DNA of 63,042 bases, counting the filler, from Reticulomyxa filosa (Eukaryota > Protista > Foraminifera): NCBI GenBank assembly GCA_000512085.1. It is 20 parts of 20 records of this genome, joined end to end, with 100 filler letters (N's around TTAATTAATTAA, not from the genome) between each part and the next. Parts side by side here need not be neighbours in the genome. Positions count along the whole stretch, not along the records: positions 1 to 2,410 come from ASPP01022724.1; positions 2,511 to 4,091 come from ASPP01021911.1; positions 4,192 to 5,847 come from ASPP01009517.1; positions 5,948 to 7,829 come from ASPP01024215.1; positions 7,930 to 9,033 come from ASPP01028588.1; positions 9,134 to 12,563 come from ASPP01044172.1; 14 more parts are not named here. One strand, written 5' to 3'. Below, piece by piece: positions 1 to 12,100 of the stretch (its first letter is position 1; the number at the start of each line of letters is the position of its first letter). The notes below the pieces were generated by a model. The model was not told the DNA's origin, searched no databases, and saw only the letters and a program-made list of their open reading frames with translations. A program made the position numbers and the translations under genes.

Positions 1-1982
1 CCATTGCATTGGCTCCGTTTCGTCGCTAGTTTGTCATGGGCACCTGAGATGACGTGTTGATGCCATTGTCTAATCTTGGAGTCACAGTTGTGTCAACGTA
101 TCTCCTCTTTCTTCTTCTTCTCTTCTTGCATTTGCTTCTGCCAAAAACTCTTTCGATTGTATCATCATCATCGTCATTACGAGATTCAATCTGTATTGCA
201 AAGCGTGTTGCTGCGCCAGTAGAAGCAAATCAAATACACGTATTATGGACTCGGGATGCAAGCAAACAACCTGGAAATGGAAAAACAGCATTGCCACAAT
301 ATACAAAGTTGTGCAATGTTGTCCGTCCAATATCTTCGATGATGAACTACGATGCAACAAGAACACATTGGTTCTTTCATAGTTTGTTTTTTTCTTTTTA
401 GCCTTATTGTGATTTGTTGTTATTATCATGATGCAAATTGTTGTATTTTAATTGATATTGTCTGTTTTCAATATTATCATATTTTTGAAATCTTTTTTTA
501 ACTGTTCTTTATTTGCATCAATATCTGAGCCAGTTGATTGAAATGAGCAACCCAAATAAGGTTGAATTAATCTTTTCTTGCATTCTTTTCTATTTCTGCA
601 GTTGAAAACATCTCGTTCCCAAGTGTTTCCTTCTTGGAGAAGTTCGTTTGTGCATTCATTTTTCTATCTCACCAAACTTTTTGCGATGAATGTTACTTGA
701 GAAAAAAAAGACAGTCTTTTCTTTTTTAAAAATAACAAAAAAGTGAAAAGATAGCGAAACATGAGCTATTTTTTAATGTGGTCCAACTGATTGAAGAATA
801 TTGTGGAAAAAAAGAATGAACAATAAGTTAACATATTTCAAATAACGTATACAAAATTGTAAAAAGATACACGCATAAAAAAAAAAAAAAAGCATTAATC
901 ACCTGGAACACGTACACACATATATAAGACTACAACTAATTCAAAATTATTAAAGAAAAGTGTCATTAAGGAGCAAACGGCTATACGAGACAATAATATG
1001 CTGTGACGTGGTCTCAGTGCCACCAAAGTAGAACATGAACTAGTAAGACGGTTCATGCAGGTGGTTCTTGTGGGAATGAAATTATGAGCGAGCAGAGTTT
1101 GATGGGTATCATCCTAAATGCGATAAATGCACTGCGTCAGTGCCTTGACAAAGGTCATGAAGGTTATTTGTCCAGATTTTCCAACAGCGGTAAACGATTC
1201 ATATCGGTAGATGGCGATCATATCACTTTGAGATACGTATACTTGCGGATTGGAGGAAACACTGACACCATCCGAAAATGCATGCTCGGAATAAAGCCTT
1301 GCGAAAACTCAAACAACTTGTTTGTGTTCGAACATGCAATGTGTTAATGTCGCAAGGATAAGTTAATGCATTGTTGTGAAATATTACGCTGTATGTGAGT
1401 GTGGTCACATTCGTCAACCCTTTCAATTCACTTTCCACTAACAACTTCTCGTCGCGTGCGTCCATGTTGTGTCCGTTTGCTGGCATCGTCCAGTCCTCTG
1501 TCGAACAGTTCTGCACTTGGTTGCACCCAATGCAAGGATCATTCGACGGCCACCACAATGACACACTTTTTTTCATCATTTTCTTTTTGTTGGATATTCA
1601 ATAGATGTATGCACTTTAAAAGATCATTGATTACAACATCAAAAGAAAACTTTTTTATTATCAGGACTCGTTCCGCTGTGTTTGTTTAACTCATTAGGTC
1701 ATATCAAATCAAAAAAAAAATGATTTTCCAATTTTTATTTCCCAAAATTAATACATTTTTTATTTATTCATATATTACTAATTTATGTTTCTACACATAC
1801 ACGCAATTGTTATTATGACGAACTTTTTCCCCCTTCATGCTCGAGTGTGATAATCTTTCTTATATAATACACATTAGAGAAGTGGAGATATTTGCGCAAC
1901 GCACTAACATTTTACTCAATTGCATGCTTACCCTACTGTCCATCCTGCTGGCGTGGCCTGACAGCCTGTCGGCGTCAGTGCC

Positions 1983-2290
1983 GTGATGCCCGCTCTGGGT
2001 CTTTTTCAGAAGACACTGATGTTGGTGCAAGGATATAATCTCTTCAAAAACGTGGGGTTCAATATGGATACTCATCCCGACAACATCTTGATCACGCCCA
2101 ATGGACGTCTCGGGCCTATCGACCTATGGCCAGTTGAAATACCTTTTCAAGGAGGAACTCACTCACTTGATCATTGTCATGGCCGATCACAACTGGGAAT
2201 GTATTGTCGGAAAGGCCGATGAAATGGGATTTCGATCCTCAAACACATAGGCCATTACTTCAGGATCGTCAAACAATGGAGCCAATTTGT
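1983..2290 (+). pseudogene. ABC1/ADCK (UbiB-family) atypical kinase fragment, frameshifted
   Basis: GFNMDTHPDNILITPNGRLGPID matches the ABC1 catalytic loop (F-x-x-D-P-H-P-G-N-I-L...GRLGLID). Removing one C at about 2124 restores IDYGQLKYL...ADEMGFRS. A stop follows at about 2248 and the N-lobe is absent. Confidence 0.7.
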
Positions 2291-2410
2291 TTTGTGATTG
2301 ATAATGTGTACTTTATTTTTTTGTTATTGTTGTATCCAACTCTTAATTTTTATTATCTTTTTTTGCTTCGGAAGTTTCGTTTGCATTAACTCTTTTTTTT
2401 TTTTTTTTTT

Positions 2411-2510
2411 NNNNNNNNNNNNNNNNNNNNNNNNNNNNNNNNNNNNNNNNNNNNTTAATTAATTAANNNNNNNNNNNNNNNNNNNNNNNNNNNNNNNNNN
2501 NNNNNNNNNN
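2411..2510. other. Artificial contig spacer N44-TTAATTAATTAA-N44 (first of 19; others start at 4092, 5848, 7830, 9034, 12564, 20960, 25846, 37328, 38486, 39586, 40911, 45471, 46755, 50388, 53064, 54392, 57922, 61925)
   Basis: Identical 100-nt block with a six-frame stop linker. Genes and base composition change abruptly at each copy. Confidence 0.99.
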
Positions 2511-3085
2511 ACACAAATATCTACCACTATTAAATGGTGAAAATTCAATTCCACTAACATAATTAGTATGCCCATTGAATATTTGTAGTTGTTGATTATG
2601 TTTGAAATCCCATAAGCAAATGGTTTTGTCATATGATGAAGAACAAATGACATTTTGACGATTGTTATGATAATGATATGATGAAAATTTTACACAGTAT
2701 ACAAAGGATGAATGTCCATTGAATGATTGAATTTGTTTGTTGTTATCAACATCCCATACACGAACTGTTTTATCAGATGATCCAGAACAAATTAATTGAC
2801 AATTACCAAATGTTGAATAATCAATATTATACACCGATTTAGTATGTCCAGTGAATGTGTTAATTAATTTGGATGATGAACGAAATGTGTCAAACATAAA
2901 GAATTTAGTTGCCTATTTAACAGCAAACAAATTTATATTTGTTTATTTTTATTTCAATTAAATGAAAGACAAAAAAACGTAACATAATTAGTAATTAGTT
3001 TATCAAAATCATTTATCCATCCAAATTTAACGTGTAATATTCGAATCCAATGCTGGATAATAATTTGGATCTCGTTTTCCTCTGG
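2511..3085 (-). CDS. WD40-repeat protein, 3'-partial, with an N-terminal WIRIL/GWIxDFDK module exon (2984-3085)
   Basis: GH...CSGSSDKTVRVWD and GH...SSYDKTICLWD repeats. A GT-AG intron joins the module exon in frame to ATKFFMFDTFRSSSK. Further 5' exons are likely up to about 3300. Confidence 0.9.
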
Positions 3086-3719
3086 CTAATTCAATCACAA
3101 GCAACTCACAATAAATACAATAAAAACTTGAAGACAATCAACTTTTTATAATTTGTAATAGAACTTACTACTACTAGTTGAGTTAAAGCTTGTTCATCAT
3201 TGATAAGAGTTGTCATTTTGTAGCCGCTTTTATTTTTTTGCTTGGATCGTCTTCAATGATGTAAAATGTGAACTTTTAACTTTTTTTTTTCAAGTTCATG
3301 AAGGAACTCCAAAAATAGAATTTTGCAATATCTGTATTTTTTTAATGAAGAAAAATTATAATTTAATTATATTAAGAACAATAAATTATCTCTTTTTATT
3401 TGTTCAGAATATCATAATATAATCTTATGGTTAAAATAAAAATGCAAATATTTTTTATGTGATCCAATGAACTACGAAACAAACAAACCAAAGCAAAAAA
3501 AATAAAAATAAAATGAAAACTAGAAAGAAAAATAAAGATTTGTTGAAACTAAAGTAGCTCCAGTTCTTTTGATCAACAATGCTTTGGCAGAAATTGAATG
3601 TTGTAATTGAAGACTCCGGAACAAATTAGTTACTTTATTAATTTGATTTGCAAACAATTCGGTTGACGTTTTCTTTTTTTTTTTCTTAAATGACAAAAAT
3701 TTACTTTACTTTCTTTGCA

Positions 3720-4030
3720 ATGATATAAATTTAAATATCTTATTCCATTGTTTCCTTTGTCACATACAATTCATTCTTATTTGATTGAATATCCCAAAAA
3801 TAAATTGTTTTGATAATGATATGGCGAAAATTTCACGATTCAAATAACTTGAATGTCCATTGAATGATCAAATTTGTTTATTGTTATCAACATCACATAC
3901 ACGAACTTTTCTATCATCTGATCCAGAACAAATGAACTGACAATCATTAGATGCTGGATAGTCAATATTATTCACAATTAGTATATCCAGTGAATGCATT
4001 GATTAATTTGGATGATGAACAATACGATTA
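3720..4030 (-). pseudogene. Decayed paralogue of the adjacent WD40 gene
   Basis: Close nucleotide match to 2620-2885 (e.g. gaatgtccattgaatgat, tctgatccagaacaaat, taatttggatgatgaac) with indels and stops. Confidence 0.85.
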
Positions 4031-4051
4031 AAATTGAAGTTGATAATATAA

Positions 4052-4091
4052 TACAGTAAGATAAAAAAGAAAGTTGACACCTAAAATGCCA
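4052..4091 (+). mobile_element. Putative Tc1/mariner-type terminal inverted repeat with TA target site, at contig end
   Basis: TA-CAGTAAGATAAAAAAGAAAGTTGACAC is identical over 31 nt to 53033-53063. Both copies end a contig and their flanks are unrelated. Confidence 0.6.
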
Positions 4092-4191
4092 NNNNNNNNN
4101 NNNNNNNNNNNNNNNNNNNNNNNNNNNNNNNNNNNTTAATTAATTAANNNNNNNNNNNNNNNNNNNNNNNNNNNNNNNNNNNNNNNNNNNN

Positions 4192-4758
4192 TAACTTTAT
4201 CGTGACCCTGCAAAGTGGTAATACAGATTTGTGCCTCTTTGCGGTTTCGAAATCTTGTGACAAGTTTTACGTTTGTTGTGTCATTGTGTTTGGTTTGTTT
4301 TTATACACAAAAACGCACAAGGATAAAGGGGTAGACAACTAAACGAGACAATAAATGCCGAAGAACCCTTCATTGAGTACATTTTTTCAACATGCCCGTA
4401 CACATTAAATTTTTTTGGAGACCAACTGTGGTGTCACGCGCTCGTCCAACGGAATGACTAACACATGCTCGTTTTGCGCTTTCGGCGGCTTTTGGTCGTC
4501 TGTTGCCTGTTGTGTAGGTGCATCGCTTTGAATAGGCGCCTCTTGCTTTGATTCTGCTGCTGCCTCTTGTGAGCTTTCAGGAGAAACGTTGGGCTTTGGA
4601 ATGTCAAGAGGAGACCCTTGGGATGCCTCGTTGTTGTCCGAATTGCTGACTACGTCACTCGAAACAGATGGGATAACATGAGGGGCTTCAGCAATTGGAC
4701 CTGCATTTAAATTCGACTCCTGAGCAGTAGTTGCTACTTTCTCGTCTATTTCAGCCAT
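4192..4758 (-). CDS. Protein with low-complexity N-terminus followed by a probable RRM (3'-partial, spliced)
   Basis: HVLVIPLDERVTPQL resembles RNP2 plus helix 1. The downstream exon FRNRKEAQICITTLQG resembles RRM helix 2. Confidence 0.5.
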
Positions 4759-5302
4759 TTCACTTTAGATCATACACAAAACAGAGGGGAAAAAAAAAAA
4801 AAAATTTAATTCTTCAAAAAAAACGTACAAGCATATTTTTGACAAAAAAGACAATAATGAACCATTACTCTCAACGAAATGCAAACCATATTTCATTGCC
4901 AATCTTAACTTAAATGTGTTTTGAAATAGAATCAGAAGATTTTTTGCAATATATCAATTGTGTTGTGTGAATGAATTCAGAAATTGTTTTATAATTTATT
5001 CATTTATTTTATTTATTATTATTATCCAGTATTTATTATGTTTTAGCAAGAACAAGAAAAAACCAAATAGGTCGACAAAAAAAAAACAAAACACAGACAA
5101 TTTATTGAATTAAAAAAAAAAAAAAATCCAATGTTCACTCAGCGAGAAAAACAAAGCCCTTTAGTTGAGAGTTGTGCGTTTGTTCAATCGTGAATCGAAC
5201 AAGTCGGAAAGAAGAGATTTAGGAAAAATTGTTTTTTTTGTAGGAAAGCAGAACAAGTAATAATAATAAAAAACAAGCTATTTTCCCCACATGTGATGTT
5301 CG

Positions 5303-5800
5303 TCATAAAGATTGCCGAGTGAAATCAAACTCAACGGGGAATCTAAGTTCACAACGACTGCCCTTCTCTCCAGTCCAGTAGAATGATACACAAGGAAACC
5401 ATTGAAACAAGGTGTTATTTTCATAGGTCCTAACAGGCAGCAGCATAGTGAAGTACTCTTTTTCGTCTTTGCGATTGATAATGTAGAGGTTATTGATTTT
5501 TATGCTATCAACATAAAATGAGAGTCGGTAGTATTCACGCAGCTGTAATTCAGAGTTGGAGAGTTGATATGGCACCTGTTGTGGTGAGGATCCTCCCTCG
5601 TAGCTTTGTTCATGGGCTTCGTCACTCACCCACAATTTTTTTTCGTTTCTTGTGTCACATACAATCCGGACCACTTGTCCCAAGCGAACAGTTCTCTTGC
5701 GTTCACAAGGCACATAATTGCGTGAATTTTTGCTGCGGTTTTTCGAGTTCACACGTAACCAATAGTCATGAACCACCTCGGCGGAATCTCCAATGCCCCA
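5303..5800 (-). CDS. C-terminal exon of a probable SPRY/B30.2-like protein (5'-partial)
   Basis: GQVVRIVCD ... LSFYVD ... WFPCVSFY follows the SPRY end pattern GDVIGxxLD / ISFYxNG / LYPAVS. Confidence 0.45.
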   Translation of the reverse strand, partial: WGIGDSAEVVHDYWLRVNSKNRSKNSRNYVPCERKRTVRLGQVVRIVCDTRNEKKLWVSDEAHEQSYEGGSSPQQVPYQLSNSELQLREYYRLSFYVDSIKINNLYIINRKDEKEYFTMLLPVRTYENNTLFQWFPCVSFYWTGEKGSRCELRFPVEFDFTRQSL

Positions 5801-5807
5801 CGTCTAT

Positions 5808-5847
<40 letters not shown>

Positions 5848-6099
5848 NNNNNNNNNNNNNNNNNNNNNNNNNNNNNNNNNNNNNNNNNNNNTTAATTAAT
5901 TAANNNNNNNNNNNNNNNNNNNNNNNNNNNNNNNNNNNNNNNNNNNNAGGTGGTGGTGCAGGTATGGTGCAGGTGGGTTTATGAAATGATAAATATGGTG
6001 GTGGAGTGGATAGTGTGATTGAAAATTTAGAGTGGTGAATATTAATATAGATATTTTATGGCAAAGTTTTTAAGTTATGGGTATTATTTATTATTGTGG

Positions 6100-6809
6100 A
6101 TATTATGGATGTTATCAATATTGTTATTGTTCCGGCGGGTCCTAAAAATCGCAACCACCAACCCTCTACGTGGGAGGACCTAGAAACGCACTTGCATATT
6201 TTGTAGTGTGGCTAAGGTGAAATTCGCCAGGTGGGCGTCGCCAGGAACTTGTGTGCGAATGTATGTCAAACAGCTTTTTTTTTGGATTAGTTTTTGTTGT
6301 GTGAGCAGTTGTTATATGATGGATTGCTGTGTAGTAGTTTGTTGGATGAGTAGGTGTTGCGTAGTAATCTGTAGAATCAAATGCTGCTGTACAGTTGTAG
6401 TCTGTTGGATCAACTGTTGCGAAGTTGACATCATCATTTGTTGCGTCGTGGTCGAAGTAACTTGTGTAATTGTTTTTTTTTTTTGGCAAAGATGGATGCT
6501 GTTGAACAACACCAAGAACAATTTACGCTTAAACAAAGACAATAGAATTAGGTTATTCACTTATACGCAAATACCTCACACTGGGTAGTCTAATGGTATG
6601 ATTGATATAATAAGGCGTACAACCGGTATCATACACTTTCTGCCGTCCTGGAGGAATGGTGGTTCAGTGCCTCGTTGGAATTGAAAGAATTTGGTTGGTT
6701 TTGTACACAAGCCACCGATTAATATTTCTAAATCAGTCTCACTGACAACAAATTGAAAATCTATGTTTTTCTGAATATTCTTATAGTTATTGATTATTTC
6801 TTTGTTCAT
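6100..6809 (-). pseudogene. Decayed ORF of unknown family with a Q/T-rich repetitive linker
   Basis: ORF pieces 6576-6809 and 6312-6560 lie in one frame separated by stops. Imperfect QQTTT repeats are present. Confidence 0.35.
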
Positions 6810-6819
6810 TTTGTTCAGA

Positions 6820-7450
6820 AAATATCACATTCGATAATGTTACAATCGATGGATGTGTTTATGTTTATTGTATTGTGTCATTGATGGAACTGATTATGTT
6901 CACATTACTAAACATATTTTCCATACTAGCCAATCTGTTATTCGTTATACTTTCCAACCACCTGTTTTCACTATCTTATGGCTCATTAATTTTAACAGCC
7001 TTTTTCAATCAGTAGGCAATTTATGTAAGAAATCAAATTTGATGAGGCATTTCATTGCTTCGTTTTATACTTTGTATTAGATTACAAACACTAGATAAGT
7101 TTGTGATATTTAGTCTTACACTCTTTTCTCTGGTTCGCACAAGTATTTATTGCAAAAAAGATTTTTACAATAAGAAAGCGTTGAGAATAAAATTAGATAA
7201 ATTGCGACTAGATCACATTGATTTTTAGTAATATATAGATTATGGAAAGTCAATGTTTTGGTTGGGGATGATATATTTTGAAATAAGAAGAATATATGAA
7301 ACATCAATAGGATATCTTGAACAGACATTGGATATTCAATTAAGGAAACTTGGTAAAACACATGTACTTGTTGCAATATCATTGAGTGAATTGAAATTGA
7401 TGTGGATAAAAGGAAAAATACAAATAAACAAAGCTAAAGAATATATTTGA
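6820..7450 (+). pseudogene. Decayed beta-rich-domain + TPR gene (same family as the C-terminal half of 33759-35987)
   Basis: NVTIDGCVYV...VHITKHIFHTSQSVI...TILW parallels VNIDGNIYVVNC...VNITTQIFVTANAVV...PIIW. SIGYLEQTLDIQLRKLGKTHVLVAISL is a kinesin-light-chain-type TPR. Stops and frameshifts are present. Confidence 0.65.
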
Positions 7451-8099
7451 TCGATGATAAGAGCAATAACTTTAATTTAGAGATACTCTTTGGAAATAAA
7501 TCTATGAAAAAACAATTTTTGACATAACAACAAATAATAACAGAAAAAAAATAAATGAAATGAAACAAAGTAGAAGTACAATAACTTTAATCATTAATTC
7601 ATTTTTTTGTTCATCTCGTTTTCATGTATATCAAATAATATCCAAATGTTTATTTCTCTCATTGTAATTTAATTTCTTTGAATTTTTAATTTTTTTTAAA
7701 TTTGTTCATTCAATAATATAATATCTTTGATTCTTTTATTTCTTTCTAAATTAATAAATAACAAATTTTGATTGCATTATAATTTTCATTCATTTATATT
7801 ATTATTCAAAACATCTATATCTTTCATCANNNNNNNNNNNNNNNNNNNNNNNNNNNNNNNNNNNNNNNNNNNNTTAATTAATTAANNNNNNNNNNNNNNN
7901 NNNNNNNNNNNNNNNNNNNNNNNNNNNNNATTGACTCTTCACTTTCAAAATTGACTTTGATAACAAAATGTATGAAACAACCTGTTGAGATAAAAATCAT
8001 ATAACTGTGATGTGTTATTTAAATTCAAACGCCTTTCCGAATTGAAAAGTCAAAAAAAAAATGAAATACATTTCCTTATTCTCTCTTGAAGAGAAACAA

Positions 8100-9000
8100 C
8101 AATCTTGAAATGAAGGCATCAGGAGTGCTAATATCGTAAGTCAGCCTTAGACAGGGCAGTTGGGTCGAGTTCTTCACTTAATAACATCTTGACAAAGTTT
8201 TGTTCAAAATTGCATTGTGGTAAGTACTATGTCTTTTTTGTTACAATTTTTAAAGTATATTAGCTGAAAAGGGAGGATGGAAAAATCTGATCTAAACAGA
8301 AACACCTAAATTTAGAATTTTTTTCGAAGACGGTGTTGTAGATATTGAATAATGACAGAGCCGCACCTAACAATGGAATAAAACCTTTTTATTTCCATGG
8401 TATTGTATATCCACATCACCCGAACTAATTCTCTCTTGAAATTGATATAATCATCTTTGTAAAGGGATATTTAGAGTGACGATTAGATGGGAGACATTTG
8501 AATTTGGAAAATACATCACTCATTTGTGGATTTACAAAGATTGGATCGTTTCATTTGTGAAAAGCATTTGTGTCCAACCCATGCCCTTAGCAATATAGAA
8601 TTGCTTCAGGAACCATATATGTAAACTTCGCTGATAATACTTGTTGGATTGGTCAAATGTGTTAACAATTGCGACACTTAATTTATCATCACGTCCAGCC
8701 CTTGATTGTTCTTCATTTTTGACATTTTAAGTGTTTTGGTAATAGATAAAATGGAATCGATACATTGAAACAACTTTGCCTTCACATTTGAAATAATAGC
8801 AATGCCTTGATTTAGTCTCTTGTACTCGAAATTTGGTGTGTCCATATAAATGCGTTCTAATATGCGATTTAATAGAACAATCTCATGTGTATCCAATGCA
8901 AATGTCTCATTGTTCCATTGATTCTCAAGGATTTGCAAGCGAATCTTATACGTTACATTTTGAACCCTGGAGCTAAGTTATGTGCTTTGTGAAATAGATC
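8100..9000 (-). pseudogene. Decayed fragment of a large unknown protein
   Basis: Coding-like pieces (8678-8938; IWFLKQFYIAKGMGWTQMLFTN near 8550-8620) are broken by stops and frameshifts. Confidence 0.35.
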
Positions 9001-9133
9001 AATTATTGCATAGCGATATACTGTCTTTTTATTNNNNNNNNNNNNNNNNNNNNNNNNNNNNNNNNNNNNNNNNNNNNTTAATTAATTAANNNNNNNNNNN
9101 NNNNNNNNNNNNNNNNNNNNNNNNNNNNNNNNN

Positions 9134-12100
9134 AACCTTGGCAAGACATTTGATCAATGCAGTCTTGCCACAGCCTGTTTCTCCCATTAAAATCACTGGC
9201 GTGTCCAATCGGATTTGCTGCGCAATGGCCACCATTTTCAAAATGTTATCAAATGTTAACACATAATGGGCAAATTCCCCTGCGCACAATTCTTTTTCAA
9301 TGCCTTCTCTGAGAGCCAAAGGCACACCGAGCACTCGGAACAGCAGTTCTGCTCTTTCTCTTTTTTTGTTTTGATCACTTTCAATACTTTCTGTCATACG
9401 CTGTTATTTATTCACAAAGTATATCTTGAAAAGAAACAAAGAAAGAAAAAAATATGTATTGTATGAATGAATTTGGATTGAATTGAAGGGTATATTGACC
9501 TCTACTGCATCTTCTCGCTTTTGTATGTCGTCATTCCAATCAAAGAGCAAAAATCCCAATTGCTTAAAAACATCAAGTAACTCCTTGGCAATTATTTCAA
9601 TATCACTGATCAGCAAAGAAAAAGTTGCTGTGTTTTATTCCATTCCCCCCAATCCGAACGTTTCATTGCCACAAATCCTCTTTATTATTATTTTTTTTTA
9701 ATAAACAAAAATATACCTTCACTATTCTTGTCACCCTCGTCGTTATTACATAAAAAAAGTGGATCTTTGGAGTCACGCCATTTCTTACATGGAAAGAATT
9801 CTTCCTCGCCAGCACTTTCGTCGCCCAATTCTTTTGCGTTTGTGTTACCAAACAAACGGGCACTCAAATCTTCCGCAATTTGTAGGACAGATTTTGTTAT
9901 CATATGCTTGAACGGAACATTGCTGCAGGAGCCGTTCCCATCGATCCATACAGAATTCTGAATATATTCGGATTGAGCAATAGGAAGAAATTGTTGGAAA
10001 CAATACCGAAAGAATGATGTTTGATGCAAATATGTCGACGAAGCGATTACAGGTAGTTTATTCTGAATAAACTCGCGTATTTCATTTAATTTCAGGTCTT
10101 GGATATTTTTTGGGTTCGGGTCATATTTTCTAGTTTTCACACACACACACACACACACATACATACATATACATATATACATATATATATAAATCATTCA
10201 GATCAAATTATATGTATTTGAAAATACAAAAATATGTTGTTATTTTTTCTCGAAACTTCAGACAATTGGCATTGAATTCTCGTATCCATTTGAGCGCATA
10301 TTGCGCTTCTTGCCCATAGACGTAAGGATTGTTTTTAGTATTGACATCAAGAATCGGAAAAGCAATGGGACCAAACAAAGTGTAAAGTAATTGTTGAGGG
10401 GTCTGTTTGTCAATGCTCAATTTGGAAGGGATTTCGATGAAAAAGGCCATATTGTGATTCACATGAAAGCATTCCAAGATATTTTGACCAGTATTGACAT
10501 GTTGCAAAAACAGCAATTCGAATAAAAAGTTATTGATTTCCGTGGAAATGGATGAAGATAGATCCAAATGGAATGCGATAATGTCGTGATCACTAATCTG
10601 TCGATTCGGTACAATTGCGAGATCTGATTGAGAAGGATGATATCTCCAGAAATTGTGTACCAGAAATTTCCATTCAATGTCCTCACTATTGAAAGCAATA
10701 CATACACGTTGCGAGGCCTTTTCACAATCCTTTCGAATCTTGTAGCTCTTGCCCATTCCAACACATTTGGACGTATACAATTGTACAAATGGTTTTTTAT
10801 TGACATCTTTTTGGGCCACAAACGAGGTCCAATCGTTGCAATACATTTGCGAAAAAATAGATTGTGCAGTTTGTTCGAACAATGAAATGGGTCGATGAAA
10901 CCGAAAAGGGAGCAGTGTGTGACATAAAGCGTTATTGGGACTGGCAGAAATGATCACAAGTGAATATGGAATTGCTCCTAATTTTTGTAATGCAGTTTCG
11001 CTTAACAATAGCAAATGAAACAGCTTGACAACCTTCTTGGCAGTCTCTTCTTCGGGTAAATTTTCGGGCAACATCAAACAGTACAATGGTGCTTTTTTAT
11101 TAATGGCTGTCTTCGCTGCTATGATAGCCCGAAACAGTAAGCACTCGATTTCTTCTTCCAAAGTGGTCGACTTACAAATTACAATGTGCTCAGCCCGTGG
11201 GACCATTCCAAAGGACTGGAACAGCCCATAGACATAAAATACGTTGATACTCTGTTCGATTATCAAATGTGGCTTTCCTGCATCCAACAGATAGCGTGTA
11301 AAGATATCTGTGAATTGGTTATTCTTTGAGTGTTTCCAAATGACATCCATGATTCTTCCAAGTTCTTCCACATCTGTATATCCATTGTCATCATGTTGAT
11401 CTTTGCTCTCGAGTGCCGTGGATATTGATACCTTTTTCCATTCTTGCAGAAATGTTAATCCATTGGAATACTGATGATCCAATCGTTGCAACAAAGGAAC
11501 AATATGTCGTGATGCATGAAGCTCCCAAAGTGATTGATCTGAAAGCAAGATGTCGTCGAGCTTCTTTATTAATAATCGAAGTTCGCAAAAGCAAAAATAA
11601 TTGAGTGAGGGATACTTTTCTCGTAGACTCATGCGAGTAGTATTCCACTTTTGCAATCTTTGTTGCCATTCCAATTTTTTATTTCGAAACACTTGAGTCT
11701 TTTCTTTCGTTTGCAACTTTGTCACTTCGTGTTCTTTCTTTCCACCCTTTTGCCAAAACTCGATGCGATACGAACTGATCTCTTTGCAAATTTCCAGTCG
11801 CTTCACCAGTTTTTTGGCTTTTTTGAGATGTTCCCTTGAATACCCTAACAGCACTCGATCAATATTTCGCTCCAGTTTCTCGTAATCCATTGTTGTGTTG
11901 TCCACGTGCAACAAAAAATCCTTGGTGTCCAAACTTGTATGTGCTTGGTTCGATTTGTGCGTATAAAATTGTAATACTTGTTCACAAGTGGCAAAGGTCC
12001 AATACCCCCTCTCCATTGCAGCATGTATGAAATCAAAGCTTTGTTGATTTTGCAGGTTCCCAGCTTCTTCGACGTAAAAAGAAATGCGACTCAAATCCTC

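Noticed and set aside
960-1600. Moderately GC-rich stretch with short ORFs on both strands
   Set aside because: No frame gives a recognisable motif. It is probably a decayed fragment and cannot be assigned.
6208-6588. Cys/Val-rich ORF resembling a metallothionein or keratin-associated protein
   Set aside because: Antisense reading of the Q/T-rich repeat on the minus strand.
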